DNA of 64,000 nt, taken from the NCBI GenBank assembly GCA_965223545.1, contig OZ245006.1:4672001-4736000 (forward strand). Direction: 5' to 3'. Of this stretch, positions 10,245 to 21,666 are shown piece after piece. The DNA comes from Planctomycetota bacterium. GTDB taxonomy: Bacteria; Planctomycetota; UBA1135; UBA2386. The position numbers were made by a program, and so were the translations under genes. How positions within the stretch are numbered: the stretch's first letter is position 1; every line of letters starts with the position of its first letter. Below the pieces are notes generated by a model. It ran no database searches. It was not told the origin of the DNA and saw only the letters and a list, made by a program, of their open reading frames with translations.

Positions 10245-10909
10245 GCCGCGCTTCGACGAGGCGCCGCCCTTGGCGGCAGCGGCTGGTCGTCGCCGCAGCC
10301 GCGATCACCAGCACCGTCGGTGTCTTTGCCGTGCTGCCTCTGCTGCAAACGATGCGCGCCGCACCCAAGCCGGACTACGTGCTGCGAGACCTCGACATCA
10401 CCAGCCTGCCGCCGCCACCGCCACCGCCGCCACCTCCGGATCCCGAACCGGAGCCGGAGCCGGAGCCGCCACCGGACTTGATCGAGCCGGTCACGGCCGA
10501 TGCTCTGGGGCCGCTGCAGCTCGATCTCGGTGGAGCTGGCGGCAGCGGATGGTTGGGCAGCGGCTTGCTCGCCGGCATGGCCCGCCTGGGTCAGTCCGGT
10601 GGTGCCGCGGAAGCCGGGCTGGGGCTCGACGGTCTCGAGCAAGCGCCCAGGCCGATTGCGCCGCAGGCCTCTCCTGCGCTGACCGGGGCGCTGCGGCGCA
10701 AGCTGCCCGCCGAGGTCTTGGTGCGCATCACGGTGGGGCCCGATGGCAGCGTCGAGGGAGTCAAGGTGCTCGGCTCCAGCGACCCCGACTTCGAGGCGTC
10801 CGTCACTGCCGCCGTCGAGCGGTGGAAGTACGAGCCGGGAATCCGAAACGGCAAACCCGACCGCTTTCGCTTGCGACAAAACGTACACCTGAGAAGGCCC
10901 AGACAATGA
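10241..10909 (+). CDS. tonB: Energy transducer TonB
   Basis: N-terminal TM segment, poly-Pro/EP linker, C-terminal AVERWKYEPGIRNGKP. Confidence 0.88.
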   Translation: MSRASTRRRPWRQRLVVAAAAITSTVGVFAVLPLLQTMRAAPKPDYVLRDLDITSLPPPPPPPPPPDPEPEPEPEPPPDLIEPVTADALGPLQLDLGGAGGSGWLGSGLLAGMARLGQSGGAAEAGLGLDGLEQAPRPIAPQASPALTGALRRKLPAEVLVRITVGPDGSVEGVKVLGSSDPDFEASVTAAVERWKYEPGIRNGKPDRFRLRQNVHLRRPRQ

Positions 10910-12333
10910 AGGACGTTTTCAGCATGGTTCTCGTTGGTCCGGCGCTGCTGATCGCCTGTGCCACGCCACAACCGCCCCTGGCGATTCCGCCGGTCGGGGA
11001 TCAAGTGCCGACTGCCGAGGAGAACGCCGGTCCCGGCGACGGCAGGCCAAGCGTCGAGATGATCGCGCGTACTCAGCGCCAGCTTCTCGCCAGCCTGGCT
11101 CCGATCAGCGCGTTCGAGCCGGACGCGAGCGAAGCCGATCGCGCGTCGCTGGCCGATGCGCTCTCGTTGCTTGCCACCGATGGGCCTGTCGCCGCGGCCG
11201 CCGCGATCGAGGCGTCGCGCGAGGAAACCGTCAGTCCGACCCTCGAGTTCAATCTCGGCACCATGCGATTCCAGCAGGGCGATCTCGACGCGGCAGCGGT
11301 TGCGTTCGAGCGCGCGATCGCGGAGTTTCCCCGCTTTCGTAGGGCGTGGCAAAACCTCGGCCAAGTGCACTACCGGGCGCATCGCTACGCGCCAGCCGCG
11401 CACGCGTTCGCGCGGGTGCTCGAGCTCGGCGGCAAGGACGCGCTCACCTACGGGTTGTTGGGCGCCTGTCACAGCAAGCGCGGCCACCACGTGGCGGCGG
11501 AAACCGCGTTCCGTGCCGCGATGATGATGCAGCCCGCCGCGCGTGACTGGAAGTTCGGGCTCGCCCACAGCCTGGTCGCGCAGCGGCGCTACGCGGAGGC
11601 CGCGGCTCTGTTCGGCGACATGATTGTCGAGCAGCCGGACAACGCGGACTACTGGCTCGCGCAGGGTGAGGCCTACGCGCAGCTGGGGCAACCGATGCGC
11701 GCCGCGGCAAACTTCGAGGTCGTCGACCGTCTCGGATCCGCTACGTCGGACTGCTTGCACAACCTCGGCGACATCTACGCCAACGAGCAACTGTACGACC
11801 TGGCGGTCGATGCGCACACGCGCGGTCTGGAGAGGGACAGCGTCGGCGACGTCGAACGGGCGTTGCGCGCGGCGGTCCACTTGGTGAGTAACGATGCGGT
11901 GGACGAAAGCCGTCGATTGGTGGATGCGGTCGAACACCGCCGTGGCGAGCTGTGGACCGAGGACGAGCGCGCTGAAGTGCTCCGCGTTCGGGCCCGCATC
12001 GCGGTCGCGGAGGGCGCGGCAGAAGAGCAGGTCGAGATCCTCGAGGAGATCGTCGCTCTCGATCCACTCGACGGCGACGCACTCATCATGCTCGGCCGGC
12101 ACTATGGCCGCAACGGCGACGTAGAACGCGCTGTGCTCACTCTCGAGCGGGCCGCGGCGCTGGCGGACTTCGAGGCGCGCGCCGTGCTTCGGCACGCGCA
12201 GGTTCTGGTCGAAGCGCAGCGCTACGCCGACGCCTTGCCGTTGCTGCGACGGGCGCAGAACCTCGACCCGCGGGAGGCGATTCAACGCTATCTAGAGCAG
12301 GTTGAGCGGGCGGCCGGAAGTGGTCGGGGATGA
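10906..12333 (+). CDS. TPR lipoprotein (TtpD-like)
   Basis: ATGA overlap with tonB, LLIAC lipobox, many TPRs. Confidence 0.82.
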   Translation: MKDVFSMVLVGPALLIACATPQPPLAIPPVGDQVPTAEENAGPGDGRPSVEMIARTQRQLLASLAPISAFEPDASEADRASLADALSLLATDGPVAAAAAIEASREETVSPTLEFNLGTMRFQQGDLDAAAVAFERAIAEFPRFRRAWQNLGQVHYRAHRYAPAAHAFARVLELGGKDALTYGLLGACHSKRGHHVAAETAFRAAMMMQPAARDWKFGLAHSLVAQRRYAEAAALFGDMIVEQPDNADYWLAQGEAYAQLGQPMRAAANFEVVDRLGSATSDCLHNLGDIYANEQLYDLAVDAHTRGLERDSVGDVERALRAAVHLVSNDAVDESRRLVDAVEHRRGELWTEDERAEVLRVRARIAVAEGAAEEQVEILEEIVALDPLDGDALIMLGRHYGRNGDVERAVLTLERAAALADFEARAVLRHAQVLVEAQRYADALPLLRRAQNLDPREAIQRYLEQVERAAGSGRG

Positions 12334-12440
12334 AGAGCGGGCGTCCGGGTGGCGCGCGACCAGGCTGAAGCGGTGGGTTGCCGAATTGGGCGCTGTATGG
12401 TGAGTTCGGAACTGCGTTCGAGTTGCTCCAAGGACTGCGT

Positions 12441-14846
12441 ATGCCCCACCGACTCCTGCCGGCGCTGTCCGTCGCCGCTCTCTGTTCCTGCGTCGGCGTC
12501 GAGAACAAGGCGCCCTCGGCGGATGCCGTCGAGCTACCTACGGTCAGTGGTGTCGAGCTCCAGCCGCTGATGGCTCAGCTGGCGCGGTTGCGTCAGGGGC
12601 TCGCGGCGCTCGGCAGCCCGCTACCGCCCGCGGCGGAGGCGCAGCTCGACGCGTTGGCGGCGGCACCGCCGACCGCAGACGTTCTGACCGAAGTGCAGAC
12701 CGTGCTCGACCGCTCGTGTCTGGCGATGGTGCACATCAATCCGGAGGCCAGGGTCTCGGTCCGGCGGGGTCCGGCCGCGGCCGAGCTGATGCAGGAGGGC
12801 TGGAGGAGCTTCCTGATCAAGGTGCACAACGAGGCGGCGGTGACGATGCCGCTCAGGGTCGACAGCCCCAACGCCCTGCCCCGCTATCGGCCCGCGACCA
12901 ACGCTTCCCGCCCACCCGCCGCGCCGGACCTGCATGACGCCGAGCTGATGCAGCGCTTCTTGGCGCTGCACGTCGTGCGCGAACGCCCGTTCGCCAGGAG
13001 ATTGTCCGGGCTCGCCCTCGAATACGTCGTCGTGCAGTTGCACACGCGCGCCGTGGGGCCGCGCGAGGTCCGCCTGGCCTTCGACGTCGGCTCGGGCACC
13101 TCCGACCTCGCGTTCCGCAGTTCCCTGGACGTGCTGTTCGAGTGCGTGCCGGCGGTGAAGACCGTGCTCGGAGTGCGGGACTCCGATGGCCGCCCGACCA
13201 TGGCGTCGTTCTTGATCACCGAGGCGGGGCGGTCGGCGGCGCGCGGCAAGCACATCTATCCGCTGCCGTCGCGCCGCCTCGCCCGCGACGACGAGTATCC
13301 CGACTTCTTCTTCCAACCGCACGTCTACCGGCAGGATGGCGAGCACGTCTACTTGCCGCCGGGCAGCTACGACATCACCGTGCGCCGCGGGCCCGAGAGC
13401 TTGCCGCGGACGCGGCGCGCGGTCATTCCCGAGGGAGTCCAGACGCACCGGCTCGATTTCGAAGTCGAGCGATGGGTGCACATGGCAGCGCTCGGTTGGT
13501 ACAGCGTCGATCACCACGTCCACGCCGCCGGATGCAGCCACTACGACGCGCCGGCGCAGGGGGTGGAGCCGGGTGACATCTGGCGCCAAGGCGTCGGTGA
13601 GGACCTCAACGTCTCGTCGATCTTGACGTGGGGCCCGTGCTGGTATCACCAGAAGGAGTTCTTCGACGGGCGGGTGCACCGGCTGTCGACGGCGGACAAC
13701 GTGATGCGATTCGACGTCGAGGTGTCCGGCTTCCCGTCGTCGCACGCGGGCCACGTGTGTCTCCTGCGCCTGCGCGAGGACGACTACCCGGGCGCGGGCG
13801 AGATCGAGGATTGGCCGAGCTGGACGCTGCCGGTACTGCGGTGGGCCAGGCAGCAGGGTGGCGTCGTCGGCTACGCGCATTCGGCCCTGGGGCTGGTGCC
13901 GGAGGAGAAGACGACCGTGCTGCCGAACTACGAGATCCCGCCCTTCGACGGCATCGGGGCCAACGAGTACATCGTCACGGTCGCGCACGACGCGGTCGAC
14001 TTCATCTCGGCCGGCGATACGCCGCCGGTGGCGGAGCTCAACATCTGGTACCACACTTTGAACTGCGGCTTCCGCGCGCGCATTGCTGGCGAGACCGATT
14101 TTCCGTGCCTGTCCGACGCCCGCGTCGGGCAGGCGCGCAGCTACGTGCGGCTCGACGGCGCACTCGATTTCGATGCGTGCGTCGACGCCATTCGCCGCGG
14201 CCGCAGCTACGTCTCCGACGGCGCGGCACACATCATCGACTTTCGCGCCGACGGCGCCGAGCTGGGAGTCGACGGCAGTGAGCTGCGTCTCGATCGCGCC
14301 AAGACGGTGCGCATCGAGGCGCGCGTCGCCGCGCACATGGGAGCCGCGCCCGAGCAGATGTCGCCGCCGAGTTGGTCGGCGGCGATGGACCCGGGGCAGG
14401 GCAAGGCGATGGATCGCGACGACTGGTTCACTCTGTTCGAGCAGCGCCCCTTCTGGAGCCTGGAGAAAGCCCGCATCTCCGAGACGGACAAGGTACCGGT
14501 CGAGCTCGTGGTCAACGGCGAGGCGGTGGCGCGGCGCGAGGTCGTCGCCGACGGTGCGTGGAACACGCTCGAGTTCGACATCGACATCGCGCGCTCGAGC
14601 TGGCTCGCGCTGCGCGTGTTCCCCAGCTGCCACACCAATCCGATCTTCGTCGTCGTCGGCGATCAGCCGATCCGCGCGTCCGAGGCCAGTGCCGCCTGGT
14701 GCCGGGACGGGGTCGAGCGTTGCTGGGCTGCAAAGAAGGACGCCATCCGCGCCGCCGAGCGCGACGACGCCAAGCGCGCCTACGACCACGCGCGCGCGGT
14801 CTACGAGCGAATCCGGCTCGAAGCGCGCGCCGCCGCGAACCCATGA
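12441..14846 (+). CDS. CehA/McbA-family PHP-like metallohydrolase, lipoprotein
   Basis: LCSC lipobox, DHHVHAAGCSHY, SSHAGHV, YAHS, GETDFPC, HTNPIFV. Confidence 0.8.
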   Translation: MPHRLLPALSVAALCSCVGVENKAPSADAVELPTVSGVELQPLMAQLARLRQGLAALGSPLPPAAEAQLDALAAAPPTADVLTEVQTVLDRSCLAMVHINPEARVSVRRGPAAAELMQEGWRSFLIKVHNEAAVTMPLRVDSPNALPRYRPATNASRPPAAPDLHDAELMQRFLALHVVRERPFARRLSGLALEYVVVQLHTRAVGPREVRLAFDVGSGTSDLAFRSSLDVLFECVPAVKTVLGVRDSDGRPTMASFLITEAGRSAARGKHIYPLPSRRLARDDEYPDFFFQPHVYRQDGEHVYLPPGSYDITVRRGPESLPRTRRAVIPEGVQTHRLDFEVERWVHMAALGWYSVDHHVHAAGCSHYDAPAQGVEPGDIWRQGVGEDLNVSSILTWGPCWYHQKEFFDGRVHRLSTADNVMRFDVEVSGFPSSHAGHVCLLRLREDDYPGAGEIEDWPSWTLPVLRWARQQGGVVGYAHSALGLVPEEKTTVLPNYEIPPFDGIGANEYIVTVAHDAVDFISAGDTPPVAELNIWYHTLNCGFRARIAGETDFPCLSDARVGQARSYVRLDGALDFDACVDAIRRGRSYVSDGAAHIIDFRADGAELGVDGSELRLDRAKTVRIEARVAAHMGAAPEQMSPPSWSAAMDPGQGKAMDRDDWFTLFEQRPFWSLEKARISETDKVPVELVVNGEAVARREVVADGAWNTLEFDIDIARSSWLALRVFPSCHTNPIFVVVGDQPIRASEASAAWCRDGVERCWAAKKDAIRAAERDDAKRAYDHARAVYERIRLEARAAANP

Positions 14847-14847
14847 C

Positions 14848-14879
14848 GAAGTACCGAGCCTGACTCGATTTTCTCGCTA
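14848..14879. repeat. 32-bp REP-like palindromic element, copy A
   Basis: GAAGTACCGAG-CCTGA-CTCGATTTTCTCGCTA; 29/32 identical to 43135-43166. Confidence 0.8.
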
Positions 14880-14901
14880 TCCGCTGTGGCCGTGCGATCG
14901 A

Positions 14902-15510
14902 TCAATCCGCGCCGGGCCGCAGCAGCCCGGCCAGTTTGACCAGCCCGCGCGCGACCAACCCGCGCACCGCGATCTCGGTCCGGCCGGTTTCCTCCGCGAT
15001 CTGCGCGTAGGTCAGCCCGGCGATGCGCGACAGCGCGATGACCTGCTGCTGGTGCTCGGGGAGCTGCCCGAAGGCGGCCTCGATGCGCTCGCATTCTTCG
15101 CGCTGCATCATCACCCGGCTGGGAGTGCCCAGCGTGGCGTAGGCGGCGGCGAGTTCGGGAGCCACGGCCCGCTCGCCGTCGACGGCGTCGGCGGCCACCT
15201 CTCGGTCGGCGTCGCGCTTGTCACGATGATGGAACCGGTGGCGGTCGACCACCTTGTTGGCGGCCGCGGTGAACAGCCAGTTCTTGAACGCCGCCTCGCC
15301 GCGGTAGCGGTAATCACCGGCATCCGCGAGCACTTCTCGGCAGACAGACTGGACGACGTCGGTCGTCGATTCCCGCGCACCGAAGGCATTTCCAGCCCGC
15401 AGCCGCACGAACGCGTGCAGCGCGGGCAGATGGCGCACCAGCAACTCGTCGATCGCGCCCTTGTCGCCGCGGGTGGCGCGGCTGACCAGCTCGGGAGATG
15501 CCTCGTCCAT
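14902..15510 (-). CDS. ECF sigma-70 factor (planctomycete type)
   Basis: Region 2 DVVQSV...AFKNWLFTAAANKVVD; region 4 LPEHQQQVIALSRIAGLTYAQIA. Confidence 0.9.
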   Translation of the reverse strand: MDEASPELVSRATRGDKGAIDELLVRHLPALHAFVRLRAGNAFGARESTTDVVQSVCREVLADAGDYRYRGEAAFKNWLFTAAANKVVDRHRFHHRDKRDADREVAADAVDGERAVAPELAAAYATLGTPSRVMMQREECERIEAAFGQLPEHQQQVIALSRIAGLTYAQIAEETGRTEIAVRGLVARGLVKLAGLLRPGAD

Positions 15511-15622
15511 GGCGTAGTCAAGATAGGGCTGGGTCGCCTCGACGGAAAGGCGCCAGCGCGTTGCGGGTTTCGCGCTCGGATCCCGCCGCCTATCGTGCGG
15601 TGCCCTTCCGAGTGCTGCACCC

Positions 15623-17353
15623 ATGCTGATCCTCTCCCTCCGCCTCGCGCTCGCGGTGGCGCTGTCGGCCGCGTTGGCCGCGCAGCCCGGCAACGTCTTG
15701 ATCGTCGTCGCCGACGACGTCGGCGTCGAGAACATCGGCTCCTACGGGGTCGGCGCAACCCCGCCGCCGACACCCAATCTCGATGCGCTCGCCGGGCGCG
15801 GCGTTTTGTTTCGCAACGCCTGGTCGTTTCCGGTGTGCTCGCCGACGCGTGCCTGCGTGATGACCGGGCGCTACGCGTTCCGCACCGGGGTCGGCGCATC
15901 GACGCTGTCCAACTCCAACGTCTTGGCGCGCTCGGAGGTGACGATCCCAGAACAGCTCGACGCCGAGCAGTCGGGATACACGCACGCGGCGATCGGCAAG
16001 TGGCACCTCTCCGATGAGCGCAACGGTGGTGCACTCGGTCCCAACATCGCCGGGTTCGGCCACTACGCCGGCACCATCCAGGGGATCGGCGACTACTACC
16101 GCTATCCGCTCACCATCAATGGCAGCACCCGCTGGGTCTCCGGCTACAACACGACGCGATTCGTCGACGAAGCGCTCGCGTGGATGCAGACCGCGCCGGA
16201 GCCGTGGGTGTGCTACCTGGCACTGAACGCCGCGCACAAGCCGTTCCACGCGCCGCCGGCCGCCTTGCATTCCTACGACCTCACCGGCCTCAACCCGGAC
16301 ACCACCCCGATCCCGTTCTACAAGGCTTCCATCGAGGCGATGGACTCGGAGATCGGCAGGTTGCTGGGTGGGCTCGGTGGCCTCGTGGCCCGCACCGACG
16401 TGCTGTTCTACGGTGACAACGGCACACCGTCGTTCGTCGCCGAGGCGCCATACACGCCCGCTACGGTGAAGGGCTCTCCCTACCAGGGAGGCATCCACGT
16501 GCCGCTCATCGTCGCCGGGCCTTCGGTGACCTCGGGTGGGCGAGAAGAACAAGCGCTGGTCGGCGCGGTGGATCTGTTCTCCACCGTGCTCGATCTGTGT
16601 GGCGTTTCGGACGAAGTGGCGTGGCGCGCGATCGACGGCATCAGCTTCGCACCGCACTTGCGGCAGCCGGGGCTGGCGTCGTCGCGCAGCTACGCGTTCG
16701 CCGAGAAGTTCCGCGGCCTGACGCCGTTCATCGTGCCCAACGGTTGGGTGGCTCTGCGCGACGCGCGCTACAAGCTGGTCGCCCCGGTATGGGCGCCGCA
16801 GGAGCTGTACGATCTCGCCGCCGACCCCTTCGAGGCGAACGATCTGCTCACCGGTACGCTGACCCCGACCGAGACCGCGGCTCTCCGCGGCCTGCGCACC
16901 GAGCTGGCCCGGCTGCGCAACCCGCGGGGGTCGTTGCAGCCGTTCGGGACCGCGGCCTGCCTCGGCTCGGCGGGCGTGCCAACGATCACCGGGCTGCAGC
17001 AGCCGGCGATCGGCGGGTCCTATGCGATCGAGCTGCAGAACGGTCCCGCGGGCACGGCGTGCGTGCTGGTGTTCGGCGAATCCAACACCGTTGCCGCGGG
17101 CCAACCCCTGCCGATGTCGCTCGCACCCCTCGGCGCCGGCCCGGGCTGCATGCTGCACACGTCGCTGGAATTCGCGGTGTCGATGGCGACCGACGGCAGT
17201 GGTCGTGCCGTGGCGCCGATCGCGATTCCGCCCGCGATCAGCTTGCTCGGGATGCGCGTCCACCACACCTGGGCGGTGGTCGATCCGGCCGCGCCCAGCA
17301 ACCCACTCGGTGTGACCACGACCTCGGGGATCACCGCCGAAGTGGGGCTGTAG
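15623..17353 (+). CDS. Secreted formylglycine-type sulfatase with shared C-terminal domain
   Basis: NVLIVVADD, CSPTRACVMTGR, GKWHL, GDNG; C-terminal domain from ~16934. Confidence 0.9.
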   Translation: MLILSLRLALAVALSAALAAQPGNVLIVVADDVGVENIGSYGVGATPPPTPNLDALAGRGVLFRNAWSFPVCSPTRACVMTGRYAFRTGVGASTLSNSNVLARSEVTIPEQLDAEQSGYTHAAIGKWHLSDERNGGALGPNIAGFGHYAGTIQGIGDYYRYPLTINGSTRWVSGYNTTRFVDEALAWMQTAPEPWVCYLALNAAHKPFHAPPAALHSYDLTGLNPDTTPIPFYKASIEAMDSEIGRLLGGLGGLVARTDVLFYGDNGTPSFVAEAPYTPATVKGSPYQGGIHVPLIVAGPSVTSGGREEQALVGAVDLFSTVLDLCGVSDEVAWRAIDGISFAPHLRQPGLASSRSYAFAEKFRGLTPFIVPNGWVALRDARYKLVAPVWAPQELYDLAADPFEANDLLTGTLTPTETAALRGLRTELARLRNPRGSLQPFGTAACLGSAGVPTITGLQQPAIGGSYAIELQNGPAGTACVLVFGESNTVAAGQPLPMSLAPLGAGPGCMLHTSLEFAVSMATDGSGRAVAPIAIPPAISLLGMRVHHTWAVVDPAAPSNPLGVTTTSGITAEVGL

Positions 17354-17369
17354 CCGACGGAACGCGCGC

Positions 17370-17732
17370 TTACAGCGAATGCTCCCGCACCAAGAAAGCG
17401 GATGAGTTGGCGTGGTCGACGAACTTGTTCTCGTCTTCGAGGAGGGCGGCGGCGAGCTTCTGCCCTGCCGGAGAGCTCATGGCTTCCACCATCTGCTCCT
17501 CTGACTCGAACCACACTTCGGCGACTCCATCGTACTCGGCTTGCAGCCCTCTCGACGCGCGAAACTCATCATTGAGGGGTGTCGTGATCGTGTGAGACTG
17601 CATGTACCGCTGCGCGCGCATGTCGTCGGCATGCGCTTGGAAGAACGGACCGTGCTGGTTGAGCCAGTAGTCCTGAAACTGCTCGCGCGTCATTTCGGGA
17701 TTGCGGCGCAAGCACATCACCAACTTGATCAT
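17370..17732 (-). CDS. EthD-domain protein
   Basis: MIKLVMCLRRNPEMTREQFQDYWLNQHGP...YDGVAEVWFES...LLEDENKFVD. Confidence 0.85.
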   Translation of the reverse strand: MIKLVMCLRRNPEMTREQFQDYWLNQHGPFFQAHADDMRAQRYMQSHTITTPLNDEFRASRGLQAEYDGVAEVWFESEEQMVEAMSSPAGQKLAAALLEDENKFVDHANSSAFLVREHSL

Positions 17733-17769
17733 GACGCGAGCGTAGATGAGGCGGCGCGGGCGCGCGAGG

Positions 17770-19046
<1,277 letters not shown>

Positions 19047-19050
<4 letters not shown>

Positions 19051-20315
19051 TGCGGCTCCTCCGGCTTCGCGTCGCCCGGCCGTCGGGTGACCCGCCGGGT
19101 GCGCTGCTCGAGCATCTCCTCCACCGCGGCGAGGTCACCGCCGCCGCGCGCCAGGGCGACCAGCGCGAAGTACAGCACGTCCGCGGTTTCCCACACGACG
19201 TCGGCGGGACCGTGCGCGTCGGCCAGCTCGCCGGCCTCCTCGATCAGCTTGGCCCGCAGCAGTGCTGGGTCGTCGAGCAGGCGGCGGGTGTACGAGTCAG
19301 CTGGTGCGGTTTGCACGCGGTCGGCCAGCGTGCGTGCCAAGGCGCCGAGCCCGCGCTCGTCGCCGAAACACGTCCGCGTGCCGAGGTGGCAGAAGCCATC
19401 GCCGTGCTGGCGGACGGTGAAGCGCAGGGCATCCCGGTCGCAGTCGAGATCGACGCGCAGCAGGTCCTGGCCATTGCCCGAGCTCTCGCCCTTCTGCCAC
19501 AGCCCGCGCTTGCGTGAGTGGTAGACGCCGCGTCCACGTTCCAGCGCCGCGCGCAGGCTGGCCTCGTCGGAGTAGGCAAGGCCCAGCGCGACGCCGCGTT
19601 CGTCGGCCACCAACGTCGGCCACAGGCCGTCGCGCCGGTCGCTGCGCAGCATCGCCACCAGCGCGTCGGTCAAATCGAACGCCTTGGTGTAGAGCGCCAT
19701 GCCGACTTGCGCATCGGCGCCGAGCCGGTCGATGGCCGCCACTTCGGCGGCGCTCTGCACGCCGCCGGCGACGGTCACGCGCGCGCTGCCGGCGCGCTGC
19801 ACCAGGTCGGCGACACGGCCGTGGTCCATGCCGGTCATGCGGCCTTCGCGCTCGACGAAGGTCAGCAGAAAGCCCCCGACCAACGGTGCCAGCTCCTCGA
19901 TGCGCTGCTCGACGCGCACGCCCGTCCGCTTCTTCCAACCCTCGACGACGATCTCGCCGTCGACGGCGTCGAGGGCGGCGATGACGCGGTCGCGCGGAAG
20001 CTCGGCCAGCAGCTCGGGCCGCGCCGCTGTGCCGAGGATGATCTTGGCGGCGCCGCGATCGAGCCAGGCGCGTGCGGTGTCGAGGTCGCGGATGCCGCCG
20101 CCGACGCGGCACGGATGGCGCTGCACCAGCTCCTCGATCAGTGCGCTTTGATCACCCGCTCCCATCGCCGCGTCGAGATCGATGACGGCGATCTCGCCGA
20201 CCCGGGCGAAGTGCTCGGCCAGGGGGCGCGGGTCGCCGGCTTCGATCGCCTTCTCGGCGCCGCCGACCAGCTGGACGGTCTGTCCGCCCTGCAGATCGAT
20301 CGAGGGGATGATCAC
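19047..20315 (-). CDS. hisAIE: Trifunctional HisA-like isomerase / PR-AMP cyclohydrolase (HisI) / PR-ATP diphosphatase (HisE) fusion
   Basis: GTG start IIPSIDL...VGGGIR (HisA barrel); WQKGESSGN...DCDRD...FCH (HisI); SYTRRL...KLIEEAGE...ETADVLY (HisE). Confidence 0.9.
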
Positions 20316-21070
20316 GTGCGCACCTCCACGCCCCATTCGGCGAGGGCCTTCTTGACGTCGCCGACGGTCAGATCGCCGTCGTGGAAGATCGACGCCGCCA
20401 GCACCGCGTCGGCGCCGGCCTGCAGCGCCTCGAGCAAGTGCCTCGGTTCGTTGGCGCCGCCCGAGGCAATGATCGGCACGTTGACGGCGCCGGCCATGAG
20501 GCGCAGCAGCTCGAGGTCGTAGCCGGATCGCGTGCCGTCGCGGTCCCAACTGGTCAGCAGGATCTCGCCGGCGCCGCGCGCAACCGCGTCCCGCGCCCAC
20601 GCCGTCGCCTCGGTGCCGGTCTGCGTCTTGCCGGACAGAATGATCACTTCGTAACGGTTGCGCTCTGCAACGTACGCCGCGTCCAGCGCAAGCACCGTGC
20701 ACTGCCGGCCGAACCGCTCGGCCATCTCCGCCAGCAGCTCGGGTCGCTGGACCGCCGCGGTATTCACGCTGACCTTGTCCGCGCCGGCGTCGAGCAGGAC
20801 GGCGGCGTCGTCGGCACTGCGCACTCCACCGCCGACGGTCAGCGGAATCGACAGCTGCGCGCGCAGCGCGCGCACGGTCTCGATCGCGGTCTTGCGCCCC
20901 TCGGGAGAGGCGGACACGTCGAGCATCACCAGCTCGTCGGCGCCCTGCGCCTCGTAGGCGGCCGCCAGCTCGGTGGGCGAGCCGGCGTCGCGCAGTCCCT
21001 GGAACTGCACGCCTTTGACGACGCGCCCGTCGCGCACGTCGAGACACGGGATGATGCGCGCGGTCAGCAT
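20312..21070 (-). CDS. hisF: Imidazole glycerol phosphate synthase cyclase subunit
   Basis: [42 protein letters not shown]. Confidence 0.97.
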   Translation of the reverse strand: MLTARIIPCLDVRDGRVVKGVQFQGLRDAGSPTELAAAYEAQGADELVMLDVSASPEGRKTAIETVRALRAQLSIPLTVGGGVRSADDAAVLLDAGADKVSVNTAAVQRPELLAEMAERFGRQCTVLALDAAYVAERNRYEVIILSGKTQTGTEATAWARDAVARGAGEILLTSWDRDGTRSGYDLELLRLMAGAVNVPIIASGGANEPRHLLEALQAGADAVLAASIFHDGDLTVGDVKKALAEWGVEVRT

Positions 21071-21666
21071 GCTTCGGTCTCCAGCCAGCGGCGCAACAAG
21101 TCGATGCCCCAGCGCCCCGACAGCTCGGGGTGGAACTGGCACGCCAGCACCGCGCCGTGCTCCATGGCGGCGACGAACCGTCCACCGTGGTCGGCGGTGG
21201 CGGCGTGCCAGCCTGGTGGCGCCGTCGGCAGGCGGTATGAGTTCGCGAAGTATGCGTAGCCGGGGCGCAGCAGCCGACAGTCGGCGGCCGGCGTGACGTG
21301 GTTCCAGCCGAACTGTGGTGCGCGCACGCCGGCATCGAAGTGAGCGACGTCGCCGGCGACGCAGCCGAGGCCGTCGACGCCCGGACTTTCTTCGCTGCGC
21401 TCGCACAGCAACTGCAGGCCGAGGCAGATCGCGAGGGTCGGTCGGCCAGCCGCGATGCGCGCCCGCAGCACTTGGCCCAGGTCCGCGCTGTGCAGCTCGC
21501 GCATGCCGGCGGCAAACGCGCCGACTCCGGGCAGCACCGCGTGGTCCGCGGCAGCGATGCGCTCCGGATCGCGTTCGAGTCGAGGCTTGCCGCCGGCGCG
21601 GCGCAGGCCGGCCAACACCGAGGCGGTGTTGGCCACTCCGGTGGGGATGACCGCGATCTCGCTCAC
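21064..21666 (-). CDS. hisH: Imidazole glycerol phosphate synthase glutaminase subunit
   Basis: LPGVGAF, ICLGLQ, QFHPELSG. Confidence 0.96.
   Translation of the reverse strand: MSEIAVIPTGVANTASVLAGLRRAGGKPRLERDPERIAAADHAVLPGVGAFAAGMRELHSADLGQVLRARIAAGRPTLAICLGLQLLCERSEESPGVDGLGCVAGDVAHFDAGVRAPQFGWNHVTPAADCRLLRPGYAYFANSYRLPTAPPGWHAATADHGGRFVAAMEHGAVLACQFHPELSGRWGIDLLRRWLETEAC

Noticed and set aside
10405..10475. CCG/GAGCCG microsatellite
   Set aside because: Normal Pro/Glu linker of TonB.
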